This document shows positions 54,060 through 63,875 of a stretch of 64,000 nt of DNA, one piece after another. The number at the start of each line of letters is the position of its first letter. Position 1 is the stretch's first letter. Position numbers and translations under genes: made by a program. This DNA comes from Anolis carolinensis (taxonomy: Eukaryota). The DNA lies in the NCBI RefSeq assembly GCF_035594765.1, contig NC_085843.1, forward strand, positions 246,241,971 through 246,305,970, given 5' to 3'. Under the pieces are notes generated by a model. It did not search any database and had not been told where the DNA came from. It worked only from the letters and a program-made list of their open reading frames with translations.

Positions 54060-54099
54060 CCCCATTCTCACCCTCCTGCGGAGCCGCAGTGAAGTGGAA

Positions 54100-57000
54100 A
54101 TGAGTGGAGGGGGCGATCAAAGCCCGAAAGGAGCAGAGGGGCCCTTGCCAGAGGCTCGGCCGCTGGGAGAGGAAACGCTACAAGATATCGCTTCCTCTAC
54201 CGGATACCCCAGACCGAACGGAATTACCCAGAGAATCCCCAGAGGAGGGAGATGTGTCTCAGCAGCTGCAGAGACCAGTTGGGGGTCTGGAGGGAGCATG
54301 CCGGAGACCGTGGCCCTACGGTTGTCTATCTTGGAGACCAACCTGTCCAGGCTGTCGGAGACCGTGGGAAGATTGGTGCCGCTGTTGGAGGAGAATCTCC
54401 AGAAGGAGCCCACTCGATACGGTGCCGAAAGAGAGCCGAGTAAGGACTCGGCTTGGGGCCAGAGGGGCCAGCGCGCATCGACGCAGAGCCCGGCGGCGGC
54501 AGGCGGTGACGGAGACGAGGAGTACTGGCAGGAGATGGAGTTCAGGGAAAGGATGGCGCGCGAGGAGGAGCGCCAGCGAGCCTTGGAGACTCTGAGACCG
54601 CCAACTCCAACAGTACTACCGACCCCCCGAATGGGTGTCGGGGTTGAAAGACCGCTGGGACCAGGGATCGGCTCCAGCGGGTTAATGGATGAAGGCGAGG
54701 AGGAGCCGGAGATCCCCGAAGATGGGGAGGATGCCCCGTACGGCGAAGGAGTGCGAAGTGCGGGGGCTACAGCAGGACCTGCATTCAAATGGGTGGAAGG
54801 GCCGACAGCAGCGGCGGAATCCCGAGGGCCGCGGGGAACGACCGCTGGGCTGGGACGCGGAGTGATCAAAGGGCCAGCTCAGGGGAACCTGATGCAACCC
54901 CTCCCCAGACTACCCATGCAAAGGCAGAGGGCTGCAGAATGGATGCCTAGGAGAGAGGAGCTCAAACTAGAATTCGGAGGGGAATCTTCCGAACTGAACT
55001 TTTTCCTCATTGGCATCAGAGGATACATGGAGGACAATGCACACACATTCCCCTCCGAAGGAAGCATGGTGCGGGCCATTGGTAATACTCTGAGGAGGGG
55101 AGCGGCCAGCTGGTATGTGCAACTACATGCCAGACGCGACCCGTGCTTGAGGTCAGTGCCCCAATTCCTCGCAGCACTGGAAAACCGATTTAGAGACCCG
55201 CTGGAGCAATTGAGGGCTCGAGACCAACTAAAAGGAATAAAGCAGAGGGATAAGACGGTACCCGAGTACGCAGAAGAATTCCTCCATCTCGCGGAAAGGG
55301 TACCAGAGTGGTCCGAAGTGACCAAAGTGGAAATATTCAAAGAGGGACTGCGCCCCGAGGTATTTAGTTGGGCGGCACACAGAGATGACCCAGAGACACT
55401 ATGGGGTTGGATTCAACTGGCAGGGCGCGTCGAATCCACCCTGTCCCAAGTAAAGCGCTTCCGGAGCGGCGGCGGCGGCGGCCAGCAGAGACCGGTGGCG
55501 AGGGGTCGGGGAGAAACGAGGAAGCAGGAGAAACCCGGAGGGAGGCCGGGAATCCCCTTCAAAGGAGACGACAACAGACCTAAACCGGGATGCTTTATAT
55601 GTGGGAAGACGGGCCATCGGGCGGCAGAATGTTGGGCCCGAAAGGGAGAACCGCCCAAAGCCTCAAAGCCCACGCCAGCAGCCGGGAGACGAGCGGAGGA
55701 GGAGGTGCGAGAATCTCCGGAGAGGCTGGTGAGTCAAGACAAACGCATGCTGGTGGTGCCGATCTGCTTGTCGGGGTTAGAGAATCGGGCTACCTGTAGA
55801 GCGTTCGTGGATTGTGGTTGCTCTAGGAACATTATAACTCCGGAATTAGCAGGGGCACTAAAGTACCAGCAGACGCTGCTTGACTCCCCAATTGCATTTT
55901 CGCAGCTAGATGGATCAGTTGCTGCTGGGGAAGTATCTACGAAAGAAATACAGGGGATCCCATGCAAAATTGGCAAATGGGAAGGAAGAATATCCTTTGT
56001 GATAGCCCCTATTGCCACATACAATATCATACTAGGGATTCCATGGCTTGAACAGGCAAACCCCGCAGTGGATTGGAGAGGAAAGAGCCTGGCATTTAAA
56101 GAGCAACAAACACAATGGGAGATAAGCAAAATAGCAGAGGAGGAGAGCGAGGAAGATGAAGGGGGGGAAATAGACCAAAAACTATTGCCCCCTGAATACA
56201 GGGACTTTGTGGATGTGTTCAATCAGAAAGAGGCAAGTAAATTACCTCCCAAAAGGAATATAGAAGTAGAAATCGAAATAACCCCAGGAGCAAACTTACC
56301 AAAACCAAAAGTGTATCCCATGTCTGTCCAGGAGAAGGAGGAATTGAGGAAATACATTGATAAGAATCTGGCGCGAGGCTTCATTAAGCCGTCCAGCTCC
56401 CCTTTGGGAGCCCCAGTGTTATTTAGGAGAAAGAAAGACAACTCTTTAAGACTGTGCATTGACTATCGAAATTTAAATGCAATTACTAAGGATAATAAAT
56501 ACCCTATGCCCTTAGTAAAGGATCTGATTACCGTGTTAAAGAAAGGAAGCATATTTACCAAACTTGATTTAATTGAAGCTTATCATAAATTAAGAATCAA
56601 ACCCGAGGATACTTGGAAAACTGCATTTTCCTGCGCATTCGGCCATTTTGAATATAAAATTTTGCCTTTTGGATTAAAAAATGGAGGCGCTTGTTTTATG
56701 CAGCTTATAAACGAAATCTTACATCCACTATTATATCGAGGAGTATTCATATTTTTGGATGATATCCTTATCGTAAGCGAGGACAAAGAGCAACACATTG
56801 AACTAGTCCGGGAAGTTTTGCAAAAACTGAGGGAAGCAAAACTGTATGCGAAACTCTCCAAATGTGAATTTAATAAAACGCAAATTGACTTTTTGGGGTA
56901 TCGAATATCTCCGGAGGGGTTAGCTATGGACCCATCCAAAGTGTCGGACGTAAGGGAATGGGGAGTGCCTCAAACCAGGAGACAATTGCAATCGTTCCTA

Positions 57001-58920
57001 GGATTTGCAAATTTTTATAGATCATTCATAAAAGGCTTTGCACAGATAACCGCACCCCTCACAGAACTTTTAAAAACAAAGGGGAAAGGGGAGACAGCGA
57101 AAGTGAAAGCCCCTGGCGCCAAGTTGAGCTGGACGCCAGAATGCCAAAAGGCTTTTGAAACCCTAAAAGAACGCTTTACAGGAGAACCTGTCCTAAAGCA
57201 CCCCGACATTCAAAGCCCTTTCATAATACATTGTGATGCTTCGGATTGTGCATACGGAGCAGTACTATTGCAAAAAGATCAAAATGGGAACTTAAAGCCT
57301 TGCGGATATTTATCTCGGAAATTCAGTGAAACTGAAAAATGTTGGCCCATATGGGAAAAGGAAGCATTAGCTATATTAAAAGCCTTGGAATGCTGGCGAC
57401 ACTTCCTCGAAGGGAGTGGAATCCCATTTGAAATTTGGTCTGATCATAAGAACCTCCAGTACTTACAGTCTCCTCGAAAATTATCCCCCAAACAAATTAG
57501 ATGGGCACAATATTTTAGCAGGTTCGATTTCCAATTAAAGTTTTTCCAAGGGAAACAGAATGTTTTGGCAGATGCTCTTTCACGCATGCCTCAGCACGAG
57601 GACATAACCACAGCAAAAGAGGGAACGTTATTTTCTGAAAGGCAATGGGGTTTAGCTGTCAGTACAAGAGCGCAGGCTCAAAGGGAGAGCATTGCTACTG
57701 TCAAATTTGAAGGAGAAGATAGTTGGGAAAAGGAACTGAGGCAGTCATATGAAGGAGATCAGTGGATCTTATCCAACGCGGGAAAAGGGGAGCAGAAGGG
57801 AGGATTTTGGTTTGTGAACAAGAAACTGTATATCCCAGCGATATTGAGGATTAAGATTTTGCATCGTTTTCATAATAACCAGAGCGCTGGTCATATGGGG
57901 ATTACAAAAACGACGAAGGCGATAGCAAAACACTGTTGGTGGCCAGGGATGAGAAAGGACATAAAAACTTATGTTATCCAATGCGATGATTGTGCCAAAA
58001 ATAAACTGAGAGGAGGGAAACCAATGGGACTATTACAAACGGTAGCAGAACCTACCAGGCCTTGGGAATGTGTAGCCATGGACTTCGTGGGAGAACTGCC
58101 TGTTAGCAGGGGGCATCGCTACATATGGACAGTATTAGACCTGTTCTCTAAGCAGGCCCACTTTATAGCACTGGCTAAACTACCATCGGCAGAGAAACTG
58201 GCTGAATTATACATAAACCACATTTACAAACTTCATGGATGTCCCAGTAGAGTGGTCAGTGATAGGGGTGTTCAATTTACAGCAAAATTCTGGGAAAAAT
58301 TCTTGGAAATGCTAGGAGCAGAAAGGAGCCTAAGTTCTGCTTTTCACCCCATGACAAACGGGGCGGTAGAACGTACTCAACAGACGCTGGGGCAGTTCCT
58401 TCGCATGTACTCTAATCTGAGACAAAATGATTGGTCTAAGTGGCTAGCCTTTGCTGAACTAGCTTTTAACTCTACCATACATTCCGCAACAAATAAAACC
58501 CCCTTTGAAGTAGTTTACGGGTATGAAATCCAGCCTCTGCCCCAATTGCCAAGGTGGGCAGAGGATGAAGAAACAGGGGCAGGGAAATGGAAAACCCAAA
58601 TGCTCGAATGTTGGAGTAAGGTGACTGCATCCTTGAAAGAAGCACACAAAAAGTATAAAACATTCGCAGACAGGAAAAGGGTGGAAGGCGATAAACTGGA
58701 GAAAGGGGACTTAGTGTGGTTAAGCACACAAAACATCAAATTGGGGCTACCTTCAAGGAAACTAGGCCCCAAATTTATTGGACCTTTCAGGATACAGGAT
58801 GTGATAAACGAAGTGACTTTCCAATTGTCCTTGCCAAAAAGTTTGGGGAAAATACATCCAGTATTCCATCGCAGTTTATTGAAAAAGTATATGGGTACTT
58901 TGGACAAAATGGATACCTAG
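54100..58920 (+). CDS. Gag-Pol polyprotein (1606 aa from the first ATG): capsid, CCHC knuckle, aspartic protease, RT, RNase H, integrase
   Basis: Gag: AASWY...LKGIKQ...EYAEEF...FKEGL and CFICGKTGHRAAEC. Protease: AFVDCGCS. RT: LRLCIDYRNLN, KLDL, LPFGL, FLDD. RNase H: CDAS, EKEALAI, SDHKNL, ADALSR. Integrase: HHCC, MDF/SDRG/VER and the GPF module. Domain order is that of Ty3/Gypsy. Confidence 0.97.
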   Translation: MSGGGDQSPKGAEGPLPEARPLGEETLQDIASSTGYPRPNGITQRIPRGGRCVSAAAETSWGSGGSMPETVALRLSILETNLSRLSETVGRLVPLLEENLQKEPTRYGAEREPSKDSAWGQRGQRASTQSPAAAGGDGDEEYWQEMEFRERMAREEERQRALETLRPPTPTVLPTPRMGVGVERPLGPGIGSSGLMDEGEEEPEIPEDGEDAPYGEGVRSAGATAGPAFKWVEGPTAAAESRGPRGTTAGLGRGVIKGPAQGNLMQPLPRLPMQRQRAAEWMPRREELKLEFGGESSELNFFLIGIRGYMEDNAHTFPSEGSMVRAIGNTLRRGAASWYVQLHARRDPCLRSVPQFLAALENRFRDPLEQLRARDQLKGIKQRDKTVPEYAEEFLHLAERVPEWSEVTKVEIFKEGLRPEVFSWAAHRDDPETLWGWIQLAGRVESTLSQVKRFRSGGGGGQQRPVARGRGETRKQEKPGGRPGIPFKGDDNRPKPGCFICGKTGHRAAECWARKGEPPKASKPTPAAGRRAEEEVRESPERLVSQDKRMLVVPICLSGLENRATCRAFVDCGCSRNIITPELAGALKYQQTLLDSPIAFSQLDGSVAAGEVSTKEIQGIPCKIGKWEGRISFVIAPIATYNIILGIPWLEQANPAVDWRGKSLAFKEQQTQWEISKIAEEESEEDEGGEIDQKLLPPEYRDFVDVFNQKEASKLPPKRNIEVEIEITPGANLPKPKVYPMSVQEKEELRKYIDKNLARGFIKPSSSPLGAPVLFRRKKDNSLRLCIDYRNLNAITKDNKYPMPLVKDLITVLKKGSIFTKLDLIEAYHKLRIKPEDTWKTAFSCAFGHFEYKILPFGLKNGGACFMQLINEILHPLLYRGVFIFLDDILIVSEDKEQHIELVREVLQKLREAKLYAKLSKCEFNKTQIDFLGYRISPEGLAMDPSKVSDVREWGVPQTRRQLQSFLGFANFYRSFIKGFAQITAPLTELLKTKGKGETAKVKAPGAKLSWTPECQKAFETLKERFTGEPVLKHPDIQSPFIIHCDASDCAYGAVLLQKDQNGNLKPCGYLSRKFSETEKCWPIWEKEALAILKALECWRHFLEGSGIPFEIWSDHKNLQYLQSPRKLSPKQIRWAQYFSRFDFQLKFFQGKQNVLADALSRMPQHEDITTAKEGTLFSERQWGLAVSTRAQAQRESIATVKFEGEDSWEKELRQSYEGDQWILSNAGKGEQKGGFWFVNKKLYIPAILRIKILHRFHNNQSAGHMGITKTTKAIAKHCWWPGMRKDIKTYVIQCDDCAKNKLRGGKPMGLLQTVAEPTRPWECVAMDFVGELPVSRGHRYIWTVLDLFSKQAHFIALAKLPSAEKLAELYINHIYKLHGCPSRVVSDRGVQFTAKFWEKFLEMLGAERSLSSAFHPMTNGAVERTQQTLGQFLRMYSNLRQNDWSKWLAFAELAFNSTIHSATNKTPFEVVYGYEIQPLPQLPRWAEDEETGAGKWKTQMLECWSKVTASLKEAHKKYKTFADRKRVEGDKLEKGDLVWLSTQNIKLGLPSRKLGPKFIGPFRIQDVINEVTFQLSLPKSLGKIHPVFHRSLLKKYMGTLDKMDT

Positions 58921-58965
58921 TGTTCTTGTTTGATTTATTTCAGAGTCGTGATAGAAGAAGCACGG

Positions 58966-58990
58966 AAGAGGAGGACGAAGAAAAGGGGGG
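58966..58990 (+). promoter_or_regulatory. Polypurine tract
   Basis: gaagaggaggacgaagaaaagggggg-type purine run ending 5 nt before the 3' LTR. Confidence 0.85.
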
Positions 58991-58995
58991 CGCCA

Positions 58996-59356
58996 TGTCA
59001 TGGGACCAATTCCCAGGGCTGAATTTGCAAGCCCTGGATTTGGAGCCATAACATAAACAATCCTGAATGCCTCAGGAAAGCACCTGGCAGCAGAGCATGG
59101 GAACTCGGGGTTGAAAATCTAAACAATTATAATGAGTAGTTTGTGTGGGAATAGTAGAAATGTGAGACAGGGGGTGGGATTTGGTGATGATATTTACGTG
59201 TGGTGTTACGTTGCAACCAAGGTGATAAAATTGCTTGTATGTAAACATTATGTCATTCTCGACTTTTCCAAGTCGTGTGTTCTTCAATAAAGATCGGTTC
59301 TGATAGCAGCTGTCTTTGATCTGCGTTCATGCTGGTTGTTTGAAGTGAGCAGGACA
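58996..59356 (+). repeat. 3' LTR
   Basis: 361 bp; no differences from the 5' LTR seen by eye, and the internal 71-aa antisense ORFs translate identically. Confidence 0.97.
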
Positions 59357-60521
59357 TTCTTCCAAAACTACTTTCCTCCAAATATATCAAAAAAAATGCT
59401 TTCAGAACTGCACACACTTTCACACTCTTTTTCTGGCAAACATTGCAGGTTCAACAGAGGTCAAATCAGCAGTATGAGCTACAAATACATGTTATGCACT
59501 GTTGTACATAAATGTTATCTTCCTATAAGTTGGTCTTAAGGTTTTGTTGGTATTCTTTAAATCTACATACAGTAGATATTATTGTTATGCATCCACGTTT
59601 CAAAATAATTCTATTTTAATATGACAATGACAAAACACCTTTGCAAAATTGACATTGTTCAAGACAGGGCATTTAAAACATTTCTACTTGGGACCCCTTT
59701 CCACTCAGGAAATATTTATGTGACCCCTGGATGTATAGGTATATAAAATTAGTATAAACATCAAAGATTTACTGATAACAAAACAGCATTTACAATGCTT
59801 GCTAAGCAGGCTGATTTTTCTTTTTGTGAAGTATAGTCAAAACATCTTCTGCAGAGTCCACTGTACAATTGATGTGTAGTAAATGTCTAAAAGCAGCCAC
59901 TAGGTGACAATCAGGTTTTTCTACTGTTGCCAAATTTTTGAGACCCAATATTGAACTAAGGTGGGCCCATTTGGGCTCTGGATCACAGTTTAAGAAGCAG
60001 CGGTCTAGGATATCCTTTTTTAATTTGGGCTTTATCCTATGCAGCTGCAACACATTGATACACTTTAGCTATCAATGTTCTCCTGGCATTTGTAATTGGA
60101 TGATATACTTGGAATTCTTTTCATGCATACAGTCACTGGAACTTCCTTGTGGAGAATTCTAAAGCACCCTCACCAAATTACAAATCCAGGACTCCACAGA
60201 ACAGATTGATGACAACTAGAGTAGAATCATACTGCTATAATTGTTCACTGTAGATACTCACTTAATACCCTTCTACACTGCCCTATGTCCCAAGATCTCA
60301 TCCCAGATTATCTGGCAGTGGAGACTCATATAATCCAGTTCAAAGCAGATAACCTGGGATCAGATCCTGGGATATAAGGATGGTGTAGAAGGGGCTTTAG
60401 TGACCTCTAGCTCAGTTCGATTACAATGAGCACTGTCCACAGCCAACATGGGGGAAAGCTTGTCATATACAACCTCATCAGATGGGGCGAATTTAGCATC
60501 CTAGGATGCTTTCACCCCATC

Positions 60522-61899
60522 TGTTGTCGACCGCGTTTTAGGGGATCGGGGCCCTTAAGGAGAGACCCGATCCGGTCCTGAGAGAACAGACCTTGGCGGA
60601 GCCAAAAGGAAAATACGAGCCGCATACAACCTGAAGCCGAAATGAAGAAGGTCCGCCAAAGTTGAAGGAAAATCCGCCAAGGAGTCTTTATTGAGCAATT
60701 CAGCTGAAGAGGACTCTAGTAGCGATCATTCGACTTACTAGAAGTCCCATACAATCAAAATAAAGCCATATTTATACAAAATTTCAGTCTGACAGCCCTT
60801 TGAATTTCCCGCCCTGCTTCCCCGCCCATCTGATCGTTGATAGGCTAGAAGGTTGAACGAGGCGGGCTTTCGTTTCCCGCCTCGCTCCGTTGGCCCAATA
60901 GGAAGCTGCCTTACGTCTCCACTCGGGCCAGTCAGGAGAGAGAAGGCGGGAGTTAGCGAAACAATGAGGTGATGGGGACAGGAACCAGAGGATTAAGTCC
61001 TGCTAGACTGATTTCTAAAGGGTGCTATTGTATTAATGGCAGCAATCAAGGATGTCCGGGTTTCTGTCACGTATACAGATTTTAGATATGCCTTGGGGTG
61101 TCAGAGATGGAAGCAAAGATGGGTGGTGATGAGCCATATTGACAGGCTCTGCAGGGCGCCTTCCTGAGGTGTCCTGGATATTTTTTTGGGTGAGCTATGA
61201 CAATGTTTGCCTTGGGGCGAATCTCCTTTAGGTCAACAACTCCGAATTCGGTGACTCAAGCCCTATATTGTCCATGCAATTTGAATTTGATTGGATTTAG
61301 CGGTGGCAGATTATCCTTTTGTTTTTGGGAAAGGAAGCCTGGGTCATAGGAAATGGGATAGGTTCTGGGGTTCATGTTGAGTTCAAAATATTTCCTATTT
61401 GATTTCATGATTTGACAATTATATGAAATAAAATGAAAAATAAAATAAAGTTGGAATATAACCCAGGCTGGGAAAAATACATATTTTCCGGGGATTCCAA
61501 AGAGTACAAATACATATAGGCAGATAGATAGATTTCATGGAAATAAGGGAGAATTCATAAAAGTGAGTTACATTTCATAAAGGGGAATCATGAATGATAT
61601 AAACAATTGAAAATATTTGATAAGAACGAAGTTCATAACATCTGGAGAACCCAGCATGGAAATTCATAAAAGTGGAGTTTTAGCATCATGATTTTACAAT
61701 TCATGAAGTTGTTATCTCTTGCCTCAGGCTAAAAGGTCAAACACCTTTTGTGCAGAGAGTTTTAATAAACCACAGTAAACTCCAGTAAAAAGTCTCAATC
61801 ACCTTCTACTATAAATATATGGAATATAGAACATAAAGTCTTGATTTTTGAACTATCTTTTACAAAGTCCTGGGGGGGGGGGTGGTCACCTCGATCACA
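60522..61899 (-). mobile_element. Long solo LTR (1378 bp), ERV class I-like
   Basis: On the minus strand it reads TGTGATCGAGG...CGACAACA. 4-bp TSD catc at 60518-60521 and 61900-61903; TATAAATA at 60769-60776 and AATAAA at about 60687-60692, both minus strand. Removing it restores a host hairpin. Confidence 0.75.
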
Positions 61900-63875
61900 C
61901 ATCTAATGGATGGAGCCTGACACTGGACATCACACAACGTTGTGTCACATCCGGCCCTGCCCACAACCACGGTGAAAGCTTCGCCTGACGCTTTCCCTCC
62001 AGCATGGGAGATTTCTCGTGTTGTGCTGGCTCCAATAGAACCAGCATGGGGCCTCTCCATGAGGGTGACACTTTCCCCATGTGATGGGGGAAAGCATTGC
62101 GTTGCCAAGAGGGAGCTGCGCACAGGATGACACGTTCACTCCACTGCTCCCTCTTTTCTTGCAGAAGCCAGGCGAAGTGGGACGCTTTGCCTGGTCTTTC
62201 TGATAAGGTTGTTAGAGGTCTCTTGGATATATATGGTTGGTGACATGTAGACATACATGGTATATAATATTTTCTTTAGTCTATTAAATGTTTGCATCTC
62301 TTGAGCTAACGGCCATTCTAATACAGGAGTCTTTTCCTTCTGGATGCATCCCTCTGAACTTCCAGATGATCCATTCCCAGAAGGTGCCAAGAGAGCATCA
62401 AAAGTGATAGTATCAAAAGTGCAAGAACCGTCCAGCGGAGGGAAAAACAGGCAAATATAGTACAGTACATGAGTGTTCTAAAACGTAGCCGCATTCAGCT
62501 CTACATCTAGTTTTATCACAGTTACTCTAAGTTTAATATGGAGGTTAATGGTTGGAATAGATTGTATTTAATCATTGAATAGTATGGACAAAGAAATCTT
62601 ACTAGTAGTTCAGAGCAAAGAGAACCATGAAAGGAACATTAATGGTAAAAATGACACCAAAAGAAAACAATAAACCCAGATGCCCAAACCCTTACTAAAA
62701 CTGTTGTCTTGCACTAATTCTGGAAGTGGTATAAAATTGCATCTAGCACAGCAGCCAATGGGTGTATAGGAGAAAAATGCCCCCTACCTTCTCTACAGTT
62801 GCTCATCCCTATTCTAAATAACATTGTAAATTAATTTGGAAAATGATTACTGGCCCAAGTCTAACAACTCTTTAAGTTATGGTGTCTCATGGTGTTTTTG
62901 TACTCACAGAATTGAATCTCACTTGTCATGACATATGTGTGGTGCTGACCTGATTTGTTGTTTTATTGTCTCAAACTGTATGATGCCATTAAAAATGGTT
63001 CTAAAATACAAATTCCAGAGGATATATAAATCTATTCTCTCTTCTTTCCCTTCTTTCCTCCTTTTTCTTTCTCTCTTTCTCAGAAATAAGACCGACCAGG
63101 TAAACTAAAGTTATTTGTGTGATTAAGCTGGATTCTCCCCATTTGGCAATAAAATATTTTAGACGCTAGGAGAATTTGATGGATGATGTGATAAACCTCA
63201 CCCAGAGTAACCTTGAAATATTGTTTTACATCATTTAATACACAGAATCCTACACAAAGTGGCAATTGGCTGAAGAAATCATCAAATCTCCCATCCATCT
63301 TTATTGCTTTACATTTAGGCCCAGATCCCTACTCACACACCAGATGGCAACTTCTGCAGAGCCTCAAAGAATCCTTTGCAGCATATGAAATGATAACTGC
63401 CTCTTGAGGACAAGGAAAATCAGGCTGCATATCCCTTCTAGCAGGTAACTTATTGCCAGTCACTAAATGGCTTGTCTGTGTGTAGCTAATTCGAAAGCTG
63501 ACAGTAGCATAGCAGCTAGCTTATGTTCAGCCTAATTATTTCTGTAGAGATCACTCTTGTAATGAACGCTTTAAGAAAAAGCATCCTGAAGAGCACTCTG
63601 CAGAAAAGTTATCGTCCTTTCCATTTGTTGATGCCTCAGGATCCAATGCTTTAGAAGATTCAAAGAATATTGGATAGTTTTGCAATGCAATCATATTTAG
63701 TTATATCCAGTTCAAATAATTAACTATGACTCAGGCCCATCCAAATCTCTTATATGAGACTGTCCAGGAACTGGGATCATTAGGAGGGACCCTCCCCTCA
63801 GAAGCATTGCTGGTGAAGAGGTGAGAAAGGGCCTTATTGGTGGCTGCCCCTAGATGCATCTACTACACTATAGAA

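Larger units (their letters stand above)
53685..59356 (+). mobile_element. Full-length, young Ty3/Gypsy LTR retrotransposon (Tf1/sushi-related)
   Basis: Two 361-bp TG...CA LTRs, identical by eye; flanking duplication ttcttc; intact gag-PR-RT-RH-IN ORF; polypurine tract before the 3' LTR. Confidence 0.97.

Noticed and set aside
54025-54099. N-terminal 25 codons of the 1631-aa ORF
   Set aside because: They start at a TTG inside the LTR and cross the PBS; the first ATG is at 54100.
54117-55340. Long antisense ORFs (250 aa and 153 aa) over gag
   Set aside because: Expected shadow frames in GC-rich coding sequence, with no recognisable motifs.
58716-58943. 5' part of the 111-aa ORF 58716-59051 as an independent env-like or extra gene
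   Set aside because: No ATG start, signal peptide or transmembrane segment. Only the part after the acceptor at 58943 is considered meaningful.
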